A stretch of DNA of 64,000 nt, from the NCBI RefSeq assembly GCF_964204645.1, contig NC_134029.1, forward strand, positions 1 to 64,000. Reading direction: 5' to 3'. The notes beneath the pieces were generated by a model that was not told the origin of the DNA, searched no databases, and saw nothing but the letters and a program-made list of their open reading frames with translations. This stretch comes from Tubulanus polymorphus. Lineage: Eukaryota > Animalia > Nemertea. Below, piece after piece: positions 1 to 13,460 of the stretch; within the stretch, counting starts at the first letter, position 1; each line of letters begins with the position of its first letter. A program made the position numbers and the translations under genes.

Positions 1-1597
1 TATTCAAGTCAAACGTAAAAATTTATCTCGAACCGAAATCGTAAACCGGAAATGAAAATTACGGCTAATGATGCTCGCGCAGCCGTTTTCAAAAACTATG
101 CGACCGTTACGATGACGTCACTGAACGACTGTTAATGATGAGTGTTATTTTTCTAGTTTAATTAAAGATGAATATCTGAGAGGAAATAGGCTGCTAACTT
201 CAAAGCAAAATCATTTGAAAATAACTGATGTTATCGCAGAATTCAGTGAAACTCGCTCGGTGTATATTGAATGAAAGATGGTTTTACAGCAGGAAATCAA
301 GCGCATTTAATTCCGTGATCAATTTAAATATTATTCGCATTGTGAGTGGTTACAGTCAGTCATACACTGGCAAGCGAGGTCTCTCTACCGCCGTGTGCTG
401 TGTGTGTACACTGTCATATATACTTATTACTTATACCATCAGTAATAATGAAAATTAATCGCGGATTTAAATATAAACCAGGTATTAAATCATCGAGAGA
501 GCTGTTACTAAATAAATAATTGACTAAGGTTGAATATTTACTAATTACTGACTGAATGGTATCAACTGCGATTAGTATTTATTGTCTATTAATGTAAATT
601 GATGTAGCTGTAAAGCACGCCCCCAGCCGGTGACGCGTGGTACTATCAATCCACTCAGTGTTTATGTCAGTTCGTACAGAAATCTAATTAAAATGTTTTA
701 ATTGAAAACTACCTTTAATTAACATTGATTGTCGTTAACAGATGAGCAGAAATAGAGTAACACTACCACACCCAGTCCAGTCCTACCCTAAATCACGGAC
801 GCACAATCCTATATAAGGTTCGAGTCACGATGAAAGGCGGGCGGGGCTGCGAGGCACAGTGAGGTCGCGAGGCAGTGAGGCCGCGAGGCAGTGAGGCAGG
901 TGCGACAGGTGCGACAGGTGCGGTCGCGGTTTAATATTCAATATTTCAATCGAATAAATACTGATTACAGACAGACTGACGCATGCGCATGATTATGATT
1001 GTAAATTACAGAATTAATAGTTTTACTGTGGACTGTGTATGCCCCTCACTGCTCGAGGTGTACCCTCAAACCCCCCTCAGGTCACCTACAAGCCGTTGTT
1101 AGAAGTAATAGATATTCGTTAGTGATAAGACGGTAACAGGTGCTCGAGTCTTATCCTGTAAACCGCCGACTCGGCGCAGTTTTATCAGACTACGATTTAT
1201 TGAAAATTAATGACCATCATAAATCAGTGAGTTTTAATTCGTCATTTATATACAACCCCCTCCCCCTCCCTACTCCCCTCGTATACTTCCCAACCACTAG
1301 GTGGCGCTTGCTTTACCTTTCTCTATGTCACGTGTTTTCGTTAGTATTGTCGCCGCTGGCATCAGCGATAACGAGGCTGCAGACATCGTCAACAAATCAA
1401 AACTGAAATTAAAGATAGAATTAAGAGAAGATTTAATCAACAGGTGGCGCCCTGAACAGAACACCCCCCCCCCCCCGGCGCCCTCTATGAATTCTAGATG
1501 TTGAATTTTTACTTTCACTTTTTTCAAATTAATTCTGGGATCATACGTATCGGTGTAAATATGTAGATATATATATATATATATAAACTGTACTCAC

Positions 1598-1810
1598 GTT
1601 TTGATGAAACATAGGATCCTAAAATACAGACACAGCGTGGCTCCTGGGGAGCAGTCAGTGAGGAGGAGCAGTCAGTGAGGGGGAGCAGTCAGTGAGGGGG
1701 AGCAGTCAGTGAGGAGGAGCTGTAAGGAGCAGCGTCCGCTATAGAGAATAGAATCCTGGTGAATACTGTAGGATTGAACAGTCAGCAGCAGTGAAACAAC
1801 ACGCGCACCA
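1598..1810 (-). other. Possible first exon of a minus-strand gene continuing leftwards
   Basis: Strong donor CAAAAC|GTGAGTA at 1597 preceded by ATG TTT CAT CAA AAC (ATG at 1612). No downstream exon identified. Confidence 0.25.
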
Positions 1811-2489
1811 CGCGTCACACACTGCAACTCTCTCTCTCTCTCCTTCTCTCTCTCTGTCTCTCCGGGAAGATAAGGCCTACCTCTCTCTCTATAAACCACT
1901 CAACTAATTAAAATATAAATGTTAGTACAATGAGGTTAGAACTCCTGCCACTTCCGGTTAACAATTACCTCGATATCCGCCGTGGCATATTTTACTGTGT
2001 AAATAAATAAACACACGCGCCATAACCACCGCGCCCCGCGCCCCACTCCCCGCGCCCCGCTCCCCACTCCCCGCCTCTCACTCCACGCCTATGTCAAATT
2101 ACTGAATTTGATACGATTTTATTTGTGCTACAAATCATGAGAATATAAATGGCTGCATAGAATTATGCAGTTATGCACAGAATGTATGAAGACACGGTGT
2201 GATGTTTCAATCCGTGTGGAAAGGAGTGGAAGGGTGTGGAAGGGTGTGGAAGGGTGTGGACTGGCGTGGAAGGGTGTGGAAGGGTGTGGAAAGTTGTGGA
2301 ATGGTGTGGATGAGATCGGAACAAAGAGACTCTTTTGTAGAATTAATTTTAACGAGTTTCAAACGAGATTTAAATTTATTTCAATCGTCATAAAAATCAC
2401 TGGAAATAAATTGTAACGACGACAGCGATATTGAAATAAATGAGCCTCACCGACAGCAGTTCGTCTGAAACTAGAAGGAAAAAAATAAC

Positions 2490-2561
2490 TGCCGTGACCA
2501 GGATTCGAACCTGGGTTATTGCGGCCACAACGCAATGTCCTAACCTCTAGACGATCACGGC
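2490..2561 (-). tRNA. tRNA-His (GTG)
   Basis: Reverse complement GCCGTGATCGTCTAGAGGTTAGGACATTGCGTTGTGGCCGCAATAACCCAGGTTCGAATCCTGGTCACGGCA. Acceptor stem GCCGTGA/TCACGGC, anticodon arm TTGCG-TTGTGGC-CGCAA, T-loop GTTCGAATC; a T7 Pol III terminator follows at 2479-2485. Confidence 0.97.
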
Positions 2562-3621
2562 TGACGACTGTGCGGGTCGGTGATCTATTACTAGTAGAGC
2601 AGGTACGCGTGCCCGGCACGTGACAGCGCACCTCCACACAATGACACGTGTCTTATAATCATCAATATTATTCAAGTTTACAACAATTCCCGGACGAAAT
2701 CGTTTTTAGTTTATATCGTGAACAGAGTGCGTGAGTTTTGAGAGAGGACCGTCCACCGGGTCTCAGTCCTACCTCCACTGTACAAGTCCACCACACCGGA
2801 AATAGGCCGGTTGCCGTTTGGGATGTGACAAGTTGTTCAAAGTTAGGCGCTTGCTCCTGACACAGAGTAGGTCCTACTAAGAGGAGAAACTCGCACAGGA
2901 CTGGGTCCGGCGGCCTTATGTCCCATTCCTCCAAACCGAGACCGGGCACAGTCTCCTCTCAACACGGTGATAGTCCCATTACCGCCGGAGACCACGGGCG
3001 GCTCCACGGGGCGGCTCCACGGGCGGACGGTATATTTTCTGTGGACACTGTTAACAATACGTTAACGATGCATTAAGCTTTGAACAATGAACGCTGTAAC
3101 CCCTAGTGACACGCGTTAGTCTTTTTTATGAACAAAAGATTCACGGCGGATTGATGTTGATTTAAACAGTTTTATATCTGATGTTCCTGAGACGAGAGAC
3201 GCGAGTCGCCGGGGAGTAGAGTGAGCGGGACCCGGTTAGCAACTAGATTATAATCTCTCATTTATTCACTCGCAAATTTCATTGATTTCTAGATGATGAG
3301 TAATTAATAATGAGTTGATTAAACTGTTAACGGCACAGCTCACTCGACCGCCACCCCCCCCCCCCGCAAAGCCGGATTCTCGATCATGGTTCAGTGTTGC
3401 GAGGGCGGATTTCGGATTTCTTCAAAGATACTCAGTGTAAAAAAGGTAGTTCATACCGCAGGCGCTGATCCCACACCCAGGATCAACCCCTGCAGTTTGT
3501 GCTGAATGGATTTTTCGATTTTTAGAATTAACAATGAATTGAAAATCAGTGTTTTTCTAATCGATGTGCACTACGTCATCGATATTGAGGTTAGTTTTTT
3601 AAACTGCGCGTTCACTGTCAG

Positions 3622-3819
3622 TTCGAGACGTGCGATGGTTCTGAGCCTACTCGATCACGGTTCGAGACGTGCGATGGTTCTGAGCCTACTCGATCACGGT
3701 TCGAGACGTGCGATGGTTCTGAGCCTACTCGATCATGGTTCGAGACGTGCGATGGTTCTGAGCCTACTCGATCATGGTTCGAGACGTGCGATGGTTCTGA
3801 GCCTACTCGATCGTGGTTC
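3622..3819. repeat. 39-bp tandem repeat, about 5 copies
   Basis: Unit GTTCGAGACGTGCGATGGTTCTGAGCCTACTCGATCACG; accounts for the spurious ORFs 3506-3943 and 3618-3974. Confidence 0.95.
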
Positions 3820-4810
3820 CACTTCGTTGGTTCGGCGAATTGCTGTAGCTGAGCTGACCGGGCGTCACGACACTGACCCTGGCAGCCGATGTCTACTTCC
3901 TGTACAGTCCTCGTACAAAAGAACTCAGTTAATAATGTGTTGACAAAATCAAGATGGTAGCCATTGGCAACCAATCATAGATTTAGATCATCGGCACTGA
4001 TAGTGGGTTTAATTAAATCTCGGGACTAAATAAAGGAATAATCGACTACTCCCGGATTGAAAGTGTCATGTGATTTGAATGACGTTTAGGAAATGGTAGT
4101 TTGGATAAAGGCGTTAGCGGGGGACAGGAAAGATAAACCCGGAGTAGCAGCAGCAGCAGCAGCAGTTTCTCAAACTGAGAGAGTCTCATTAAACTCAAAT
4201 CCATCACTAAATAATCATACATAGCAACCACTTCATTTCCGGTTAGTACGGTAACTCGCGCGAGATTCTCGCGAGATTTTATCTGGTAAATGAAGTATCG
4301 CGACCTCCCTCCTCCCCTCCCCTCCCCCCAACAGTCGGTCGGTTTTTTAATCAATCAATTTTACCCCCCAATTCAACCTGCACATTTTAACTGCGATCTT
4401 TAATGCTATAATTTTATTTTCGTCGTCAGTCAATTTTTTATCGCGATTATAATTCATGATTTCCTGATTTAGAAATCTCTCTTTCTTTTCTAAATCTTTC
4501 TGTTGAGTGAAGAATCCAAGAACGGCAGCAGTGAATCTGATTTAGAAACTCTCGTAATGTGTCGATATATACATTGATTCATAACGTGTATACACAGATT
4601 CTTTAGTGAAATATAAAGTAAATCTCAATAATTCTGTTCAAGTTGTTTTTATTGTTGGTGTAAAGAATTAATTGAAAAGGAAGGTTTCGCCGTTGGAAAC
4701 ACCTTGGTAGAAATGGGTAAAGGAGACCTAATATAGTATATGATGTCATTGCCGAGAACTGCGTTACTACAAACGACTAGTGCGCCATCTATCATAATTC
4801 ACCAGAATCA

Positions 4811-4920
4811 CTTGTAGCTCAGTACGGCGTATCACATGAATCGTAGAGGTCATGTGTTCGAATCCTCAGATAATTGTATCCACTGAATGGGAGAGGTCCT
4901 GTGTTCGAATCCTCAGATAA
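4811..4920 (+). pseudogene. Degenerate tRNA-derived (SINE-head-like) fragment
   Basis: A-box-like GTAGCTCAGT and B-box GTTCGAATCC. The B-box segment GAGGTC.TGTGTTCGAATCCTCAGATAATT occurs twice. No intact cloverleaf. Confidence 0.45.
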
Positions 4921-5125
4921 TTTTGGCCACTAGACGATGTTTTTATTGCTAAAATTCTATTTTTATTTGAACAATATTTAATTACAAACAAAATTTCAGT
5001 AGCACGAGGTACAGGAGCCACTGTGAGGTACAGGAGCCACTGTGAGGTACAGGAGCCACTGTGAGGTACAGGAGCCACTGTGAGGTACAGGAGCCACTGT
5101 GAGGTACAGGACTCACAGGAGAGTT

Positions 5126-8100
5126 TTATTTGACTGGTGAACTTCTTGTCTTATGTTTTTTTTTTCTTTGTCTTTGATTCGATTCTTTAGTCAAACGGAA
5201 AGTGATTCCCTAAAATTAAAAACATAAATAAACTGTTAAACGAACACATCGACCTCTTTAACCCCCCCCCCCAAACGGTTTTACACATCGACCCATTTAA
5301 ACCCCCCCCCCCCAAACGGTTTTACACATCGACCCATTTAACCCCCCCCCCCCAAACGGTTTTACACATCGACCCATTTAACCCCCCCCCCCCCCCAAAC
5401 GGTTTTACACATCGACCCATTTAAACCCCCCCCCCCCAAACGGTTTTACACATCGACCCATTTAACCCCCCCCCCCCCAAACGGTTTTACACATCGACCC
5501 ATTTAACCCCCCCCCCCCCCCAACGGTTTTACACATCGACCCATTTAACCCCCCCCCCCCAAACGGTTCTACACATCGACCCATTTAACCCCCCCCCCCC
5601 CACGGTTTTACACATCGACCCATTTAAACCCCCCCTCCCCCCAAACGGTTCTACACATCGACCCATTTAACCCCCCCCCCAAACGGTTTTACACATCGAC
5701 CCATTTAACCCCCCCCCCCCCCAAACGGTTCTACACATCGACCCATTTACCCCCCCCCCCCCCCCAAACGGTTTTACACATCGACCCATTTAAACCCCCC
5801 CCCCCAAACGGTTTTACACATACCCATTCATCCAACCAGTTTATTAGTTTAGCTTTAGAACATTTCTTTCACTGAATTTCTATTTAAATCAGTGTGAAAT
5901 TCATCCAGTTTTAGAGGCTACAAAATATCACAATTATTAGATATTAATAAAATGAAATCAGTTTTTAGATAATGAACCATCGATTTAAAAACTTACCACA
6001 TAGGATAAAACCTGACGATACAAATCAGGTTCATTTTCTATAAACTGTTTTACACAATCTTTCAAATTCACCTACAATATTCAAAATTCAAATTATAACG
6101 GATTTATTGACTATATGGTGATGTCATAGTGACTACTCAGCAGTATATGGTGATGTCATAGTGACTACTCAGCAGTATATGGTGATGTCATAGTGACTAC
6201 TCAGCAGTATATGGTGATGTCATAGTGACTACTCAGCAGTATATGGTGATGTCATAGTGACTACTCAGCAGTATATGGTGATGTCATAGTGACTACTCAG
6301 CAGTATATGGTGATGTCATAGTGACTACTCAGCAGTATATGGTGATGTCATAGTGACTACTCAGCAGTATATGGTGATGTCATAGTGACTACTCAGCAGT
6401 ATATGGTGATGTCATAGTGACTACTCAGCAGTATATGGTGATGTCATAGTGACTACTCAGCAGTATATGGTGATGTCATAGTGACTACTCAGCAGTATAT
6501 GGTGATGTCATAGTGACTACTCAGCAGTATATGGTGATGTCATAGTGACTACTCAGCAGTATATGGTGATGTCATAGTTACTACTCAGCAGTATATGGTG
6601 ATGTCATAGTTACTACTCAGCAGTATATGGTGATGTCATAGTGACTACTCAGCAGTATATGGTGATGTCATAGTGACTACTCAGCAGTATATGGTGATGT
6701 CATAGTTACTACTCAGCAGTATATGGTGATGTCATAGTTACTACTCAGCAGTATATGGTGATGTCATAGTTACTACTCAGCAGTATATGGTGATGTCATA
6801 GTGACTACTCAGCAGTATATGGTGATGTCATAGTTACTACTCAGCAGTATATGGTGATGTCATAGTGACTACTCAGCAGTATATGGTGATGTCATAGTGA
6901 GTTCAATCTACCTGTTGTTGAGATGAAATGATTTCTTCATCGTTAAATTGAAAACTTTCTTCAATCATATCGATACACCCTCCACAATTACTGAAACGAT
7001 ACAACAATATCAAATACAATTCAATCAGCTGTGAGTGAGTGAACCCTGGTAAGTGTGGGTGGAGAGTGAACCCTGGTAAGTGTGGTGGAGAGTGAACCCT
7101 GGTAAGTGTGGGTGGAGAGTGAACCCTGGTAAGTGTGGTGGAGAGTGAACCCTGGTAAGTGTGGGTGGAGAGTGAACCCTGGTAAGTGTGGTGGAGAGTG
7201 AACCCTGGTAAGTGTGGGAGAGAGTGAACCCTGGTAAGTGTGGGTGGAGAGTGAACCCTGGTAAGTGTGGGGGGAGAGTGAACCCTGGTAAGTGTGGTGG
7301 AGAGTGAACCCTGGTAAGTGTGGTGAAGAGTGAACCCTGGTAAGTGTGGTGAAGAGTGAACCCTGGTAAGTGTGGGTGGAGAGTGAACCCTGGTGAGTGT
7401 GGTGAAGAGTGAACCCTGGTAAGTGTGGTGAAGAGTGAACCCTGGTAAGTGTGGTGAAGAGTGAACCCTGGTAAGTGTGGTGGAAGGTGAACCCTGGTAA
7501 GTGTGGTGGAGAGTGAACCCTGGTGAGTGTGGGAGTGAGTGAACCCTGGTAAGTGTGGTGGAGAGTGAACCCTGGTAAGTGTGGTGAAGAGTGAACCCTG
7601 GTAAGTGTGGTGGAAGGTGAACCCTGGTAAGTGTGGTGGAGAGTGAACCCTGGTAAGTGTGGTGGAAGGTGAACCCTGGTAAGTGTGGTGGAGAGTGAAC
7701 CCTGGTGAGTGTGGGAGAGAGTGAACCCTGGTAAGTGTGGGTGGAGAGTGATCCCTGGTGAGTGTGGTGAAGAGTGAACCCTGGTAAGTGATTATACCTT
7801 TCTATAGAATCAACAGATGTATCTAAATCACTTTGCTGTGATAATCTGGGGTCAGGTGCTGTAACTGCAGCTGCAGCTTCTGGTGCTGGTTCTTCTGGCT
7901 TAAAACTTTCCTCAAATTCTGTATCAGTTTCATCTGTTATTAAAAGAATAGTTTCTAGTACATATCAAACTCGAGTTTCTGGTAAACCAGATTCATATTA
8001 AACTCAGTTGATTAATTGAATTCGTACATTGATGAGTTTGATGATAGACTTCAGTAAGTAATGTCACCATTCTCTTCTTACCAAATCCCGGTTTAATTCC

Positions 8101-9032
8101 TATTCTATCAACTTCTCTCTGTAAATAAATAACAAATACATGTTTATTAGAATACCAGCCAATGCCACCCACTCTCTACAGCAGAGATTCCCGATACAAA
8201 CCTTCAGTTTAGGTGTAGACATGGACTGATAATCAGGCATTGGTGTGAAGGGTGATGGAATTGTGGCCTTCTTCTTTTCATCTGCACCAGTAGCACCAGT
8301 AGCACCAGTAGCAGCTGGAGTTCGATACAGCTTAAAAAATAAATCAAATAACATTAAAATTCCTTCAATTACAAATTACTTCTTCAAAATTAATCATCTA
8401 TTTCACACCTGCCGATTAGGTATTTGTGGTTCATTTGATTCACTCCAGATGGAGCTGTCTCCCAATAAATCCTGTATAGATTGATTTAATCTGCCAGCAG
8501 TGACCCCTAGAGGACTGGACTGAAAGTAATATTTACATATATAACAGATTCACTGAAATAACAAATTTGCAGAAATTACAGATTTGCAAAAATAATACAA
8601 TAAAAAATTCACAGTTTGTTTACCTGATAAATATTTTCAATGAATCCATCATCATTGAAATCATCCCAAACATCATTCATTACATCATCACCGACCTCTA
8701 CATCATCATCAAAACCTGTGTTACTCTCTACTACATCATCAAAACCTGTGTTACTCACTGCTACATCATCAAAACCTGTGTTACTCTCTACTACATCATC
8801 AGAACCTGTGTTACTCACTGCTACATCATCAAAACCTGTGTTACTCTCTACTACATCATCAGAACATGTGTTCCTCTCTACTACATCATCAGAACATGTG
8901 TTCCTCTCTACTACATCATCAGAACATGTGCTTTCCTCATCAACAATATCTAATTTCAGTTTATCACCTTTCATAACAGAATCAGCATCACTTTCTTCAT
9001 CAGATAAAAGAGTTAGATCTACAGATATACTG

Positions 9033-9124
<92 letters not shown>

Positions 9125-12100
9125 CACCAGGAGTGCTGAAGAGTGCCCAGCTCCTTTTGTTTCTCTAGATGAACCTACTCCTATTGAACGAGGTAAACTG
9201 ACTGCCCCTCTGCGAGGTGAACGGACTGCTCCTAAACGAGGTGAACTGACTGCCCCTCTGCGAGGTGAACGGACTGCTCCTAAACGAGGTGAACGGACTG
9301 CTCCTAAACGAGGTGAACGGACTGCTCCTAAACGAGGTGAACTACAGAACTGTGAGGAGTTAAATACAGGAGAACTTGTAAACCGATTTCTATCAGACGT
9401 GGCTCCTAATAAAACGAGATTATCATCTTCATCACTAATGGCTAGAAATAAATCTAAAGCATCCTCCTTTATTTCATCTTCATTCTTATCTACATCCATC
9501 GTATACGATTCAGTTTTATCTGCAGTTACAACATTTTCCTCTTCAGTTTCATCATCGCTGAATAAATTAACGCATGATTTTTCAAATTTCTCCTTTGCTT
9601 CATTCTCTTTATCCTCTGGATAGGTTTCCTCAACAATATCAGAATGACTGTTATCGCTATCGGTAATGACAGTTTGAACGAATGATTCATCAGCGTGAAA
9701 ATTACTTTTCCGGAAACTGTCTGTATTGACCGCAGTGACAATTGGACTGACCGCAGTGACCACTGGACTGACCGCAGTGACCACTGAACTGACCGCAGTG
9801 ACCATTGGACTGACCGCCTGTATATGAGGTTCATTCAAGCATAAAACAGGTGAAAATCCCAGTGAAACACGACCTGTATTTACAGCAGCAGCAGCAGCAG
9901 CTGCACCTGACCCTACTGTGGCACCTGTATCTACTGGTGTCGACTGTTTTATAGATGGAGTTAGAAAAGATTCAAATAAACTGCGAGGTGTTGATTTAAC
10001 CAGAGACGAACAGCGACGACTCAATTTACTATAAACAGGACTACAACTTAAACTAAACGTAGCTTCAACAACTGAACCAGGATTAGATACAGCTAAACTA
10101 GGATTAGATACAGCTGAACTAGGATTAGATACAGCTGAACTAGGATTAGATACAGCTGAACCAGGATTAGATACAGTTGAATCAGGATTATATACAGTTG
10201 AATCAGGATTAGAAGTAGCTGCACCAGCTGAGAGCTGATGCTTCTTATCCTGATATTTTTGTAAACTTTCCAGAAAACTTTGTTGCATTTCTTCATTTTC
10301 ATCAAAAGTTTGTTTCATTATATTTTCCTCCAGAAGATTATCCATATCCATAGCAACATCATCATCATCATCATCTAATACCATAGCAACATCATCATCA
10401 TCATCTAATACCATAGCAACATCCTCATTTTTAGTAGTAACATCATCATCAGTAATGTCTGCATCTTCCTCCTCATTTTGTTTATCTCGTTGTGTACTCA
10501 TAAACTCATAAATCTCTTCTAAATCATCATCATTCAGATGATCAGTCTCTGGCAGGTGAGGAGGTTCTATAGAAATCACGTCATCGGACTCGCAATCGGA
10601 TTCCTCCCAGAATTCATTCAATATTTGTGTAATATTCGTAGTTTCTTCGGTTTCTGGTTTTTCATCTTCCAAGAATTTATTACAATAATCTTTCAAGTCC
10701 TTAATATTAAACCTGAAACACATCACAGTACATCAAGTATTGATTATTGGTGTGGCTAAGGAGAGGGTGATTTAGAGGGGAGGGGGGTGTTTACCTTTTA
10801 GAGAGATTGACAAGTTGATCTAAGCTGATTTCAGACCCAGGAACTGGTAACCAACCACAATAAACATAAACTATAAAACTGTGAACTGTGCTGTAACTAA
10901 ACTCACGTAAATCTATAACATCCGTCTGTGAATTCAATTCCTGCAAAAAAATACAATCAATAAAAATAAAACAACAATTGATTTTAAAATAGACCGAGGA
11001 GAATTACCTGTAATAGTGCAGGACATCTGACTGACAAAATCAGTTTATGTAGATTTATAAATCTTGTCTCTTCGCATAAAATTCTACAATCACTGAATTC
11101 ATCGGAGTTATTGATTAACGATTTGTAATCATTTAAACATTCAGCCTGGATCCCCTGCAAAATCAAAGACAAAATAAACGATGTATTGAATCATTACGAA
11201 TTCATAAAGCAGTGATATTTGGGGTGTCTTAAAAATTACCTTTTGATCATCATCGTAAAAACCAGTCATCGATTCACACTGTTCACTAAAGAGGGCTCTC
11301 TCAGCGACGAGTTGAACCAGAGCGTCAGTAGTTTGAGTCATAGGAGCCGAAAAACTGGTCTGATCAGAGGCTGAGGGGATCTCGAAACTGTGGATGTCAC
11401 TACTATCATCGGGGATCTGGAAACTAACATTAGATTTCCGTCTGCCAGGAATGATTGAATATCGCTTTAATCTATGACTAGGTGGCACCACTGTCTCAGG
11501 GTTAATCGGCGGTATCAATGATTGAGTATAGTATGATTCAATTGAATCAATATTGATTATTGATTTATTCCACAGACTGTTTGATTCGTCAGATTTAAAC
11601 AATGATTGCCGAACTGAAGTCATTTTACTGGTGCACATTGTTGATTCTGGTTCCTCAGAAACAGGACACTCCTACAAATAATATCAATATAGCATAAAAT
11701 AAACCCTGAACTGTGGAACTAGGTGCTGAACTGTGGAACTGGGTGCTGAACTGTGGGACTGGGTGCTGAACTGTGGAACTGGGTGCTGAACTGTGGGACT
11801 GGGTGCTGAACTGTGGAACTGCAGCTGAACTGTGGAACTGCAGCTGAACTGTGGGACTGGGTGCTGAACTATGGAACTGCAGGTTGAACTGTGGAACTAG
11901 GTGCTGAACTGTGGAACTGGGTGCTGAACTGTGGGACTGGGTGCTGAACTGTGGAACTGGGTGCTGAACTGTGGAACTGGATGCTGAACTGTGGAACTGG
12001 GTGCTGAACTATGGAACTGCAGCTGAACTGTGGAACTGGGTGCTGAACTGTGGAACTGCAGCTGAACTGTGGAACTGCAGCTGAACTGTGGGACTGGGTG

Positions 12101-13406
12101 CTGAACTATGGAACTGCAGGTTGAACTGTGGAACTGGGTGCTGAACTGTGGGACTGGGTGCTGAACTGTGGAACTGCAGCTGAACTGTGGAACTGGGTGC
12201 TGAACTGTGGAACTGCAGGTTGAACTGTGGAACTGGGTGCTGAACTGTGGAACTGGGTGCTGAACTGTGGAACTGCAGCTGAACTGTGGAACTGGGTGCT
12301 GAACTGTGGAACTGGGTGCTGAACTGTGGAACTGGGTGCTGAACTGTGGAACTGGGTGCTGAACTGTGGAACTGCAGGTTGAACTGTGGAACTGGGTGCT
12401 GAACTGTGGAACTGGGTGCTGAACTGTGGAACTGCAGCTGAACTGTGGAACTGGGTGCTGAACTGTGGAACTGGGTGCTGAACTGTGGAACTGGGTGCTG
12501 AACTGTGGAACTGGGTGCTGAACTGTGGAACTGCAGGTTGAACTGTGGTGCGTGGATGATAGTTACCTGAATAATTGCTGAAATTTTCTGAGCAAGTTTT
12601 AACCGACGAGACTCATGAGTTGTTTTAATCAGGATTGGAGTTTTAACATCAACTCTGAAATACATCAAACAATTCAATAACAAACCTCTACAGTTGACAG
12701 TTAACTCTACAGTTGACAGTTAACTCTACAGTTGACAGTTAACTCTACAGTTGACAGTTAACTCTACAGTTGACAGTTAACTCTACAGTTGACAGTTAAC
12801 TCTACAGTTGACAGTTAACTCTACAGTTGACAGTAAATTTTGGTTATCATATCGCTTACTTCTTCTTTTTCCTTGTTTTTGATTTTTTAGTCGTTTCAAC
12901 CATTGATTTGGATAAAGCTAAAACCATTTGTAATTCTTCAGCTTCTTTACTGAAATTAACATAAAAATTGATTTTTATTTTTCAATTCCTCACAGAAAAT
13001 ATTGAATTATATTCCAGTAAAATCGAATAGTTACGTTTTAGGATGTCGAATCTGTTGTAATACTGTCCTGGGGTTCCTTGGTTTTGTTTTCTGTTTGCTG
13101 ACAACTCCCTATAATACATGATATCACATCAGACCTCGACCGTGTAATCAAGCAACCTCTCCCCTCCATCTCCCCTCCTCTCCCCGGCCTCCTCTCACCT
13201 CTTTCTCATCACAAACCTGATCTAAACATTTATTCACATGTTGCTGGCGTCTCCTTGAATTCATATGTGAAATATCTTTATTACAAACTTCACACAAACA
13301 AATCGAATCATTGTTGAATAATCGATCGAGTAACTTCATTTTATCAGTTCCTACAAATACAACATTATATATAACTTACTTACATCACCAACCAGCTACA
13401 GCAGCA

Positions 13407-13460
<54 letters not shown>

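Noticed and set aside
2740-2960. GC-rich segment with weak inverted ends as a MITE or ncRNA
   Set aside because: Terminal complementarity is too imperfect, and there is no TSD or second copy in the window.
6112-6900. Regular 26-60-bp arrays as CRISPR arrays
   Set aside because: Units are head-to-tail with no unique spacers, there are no cas genes, and the context is eukaryotic introns.
8640-9623. 327-aa poly-Cys ORF on the + strand
   Set aside because: It is the antisense shadow of the SLX4 large exon and its CAG tract.
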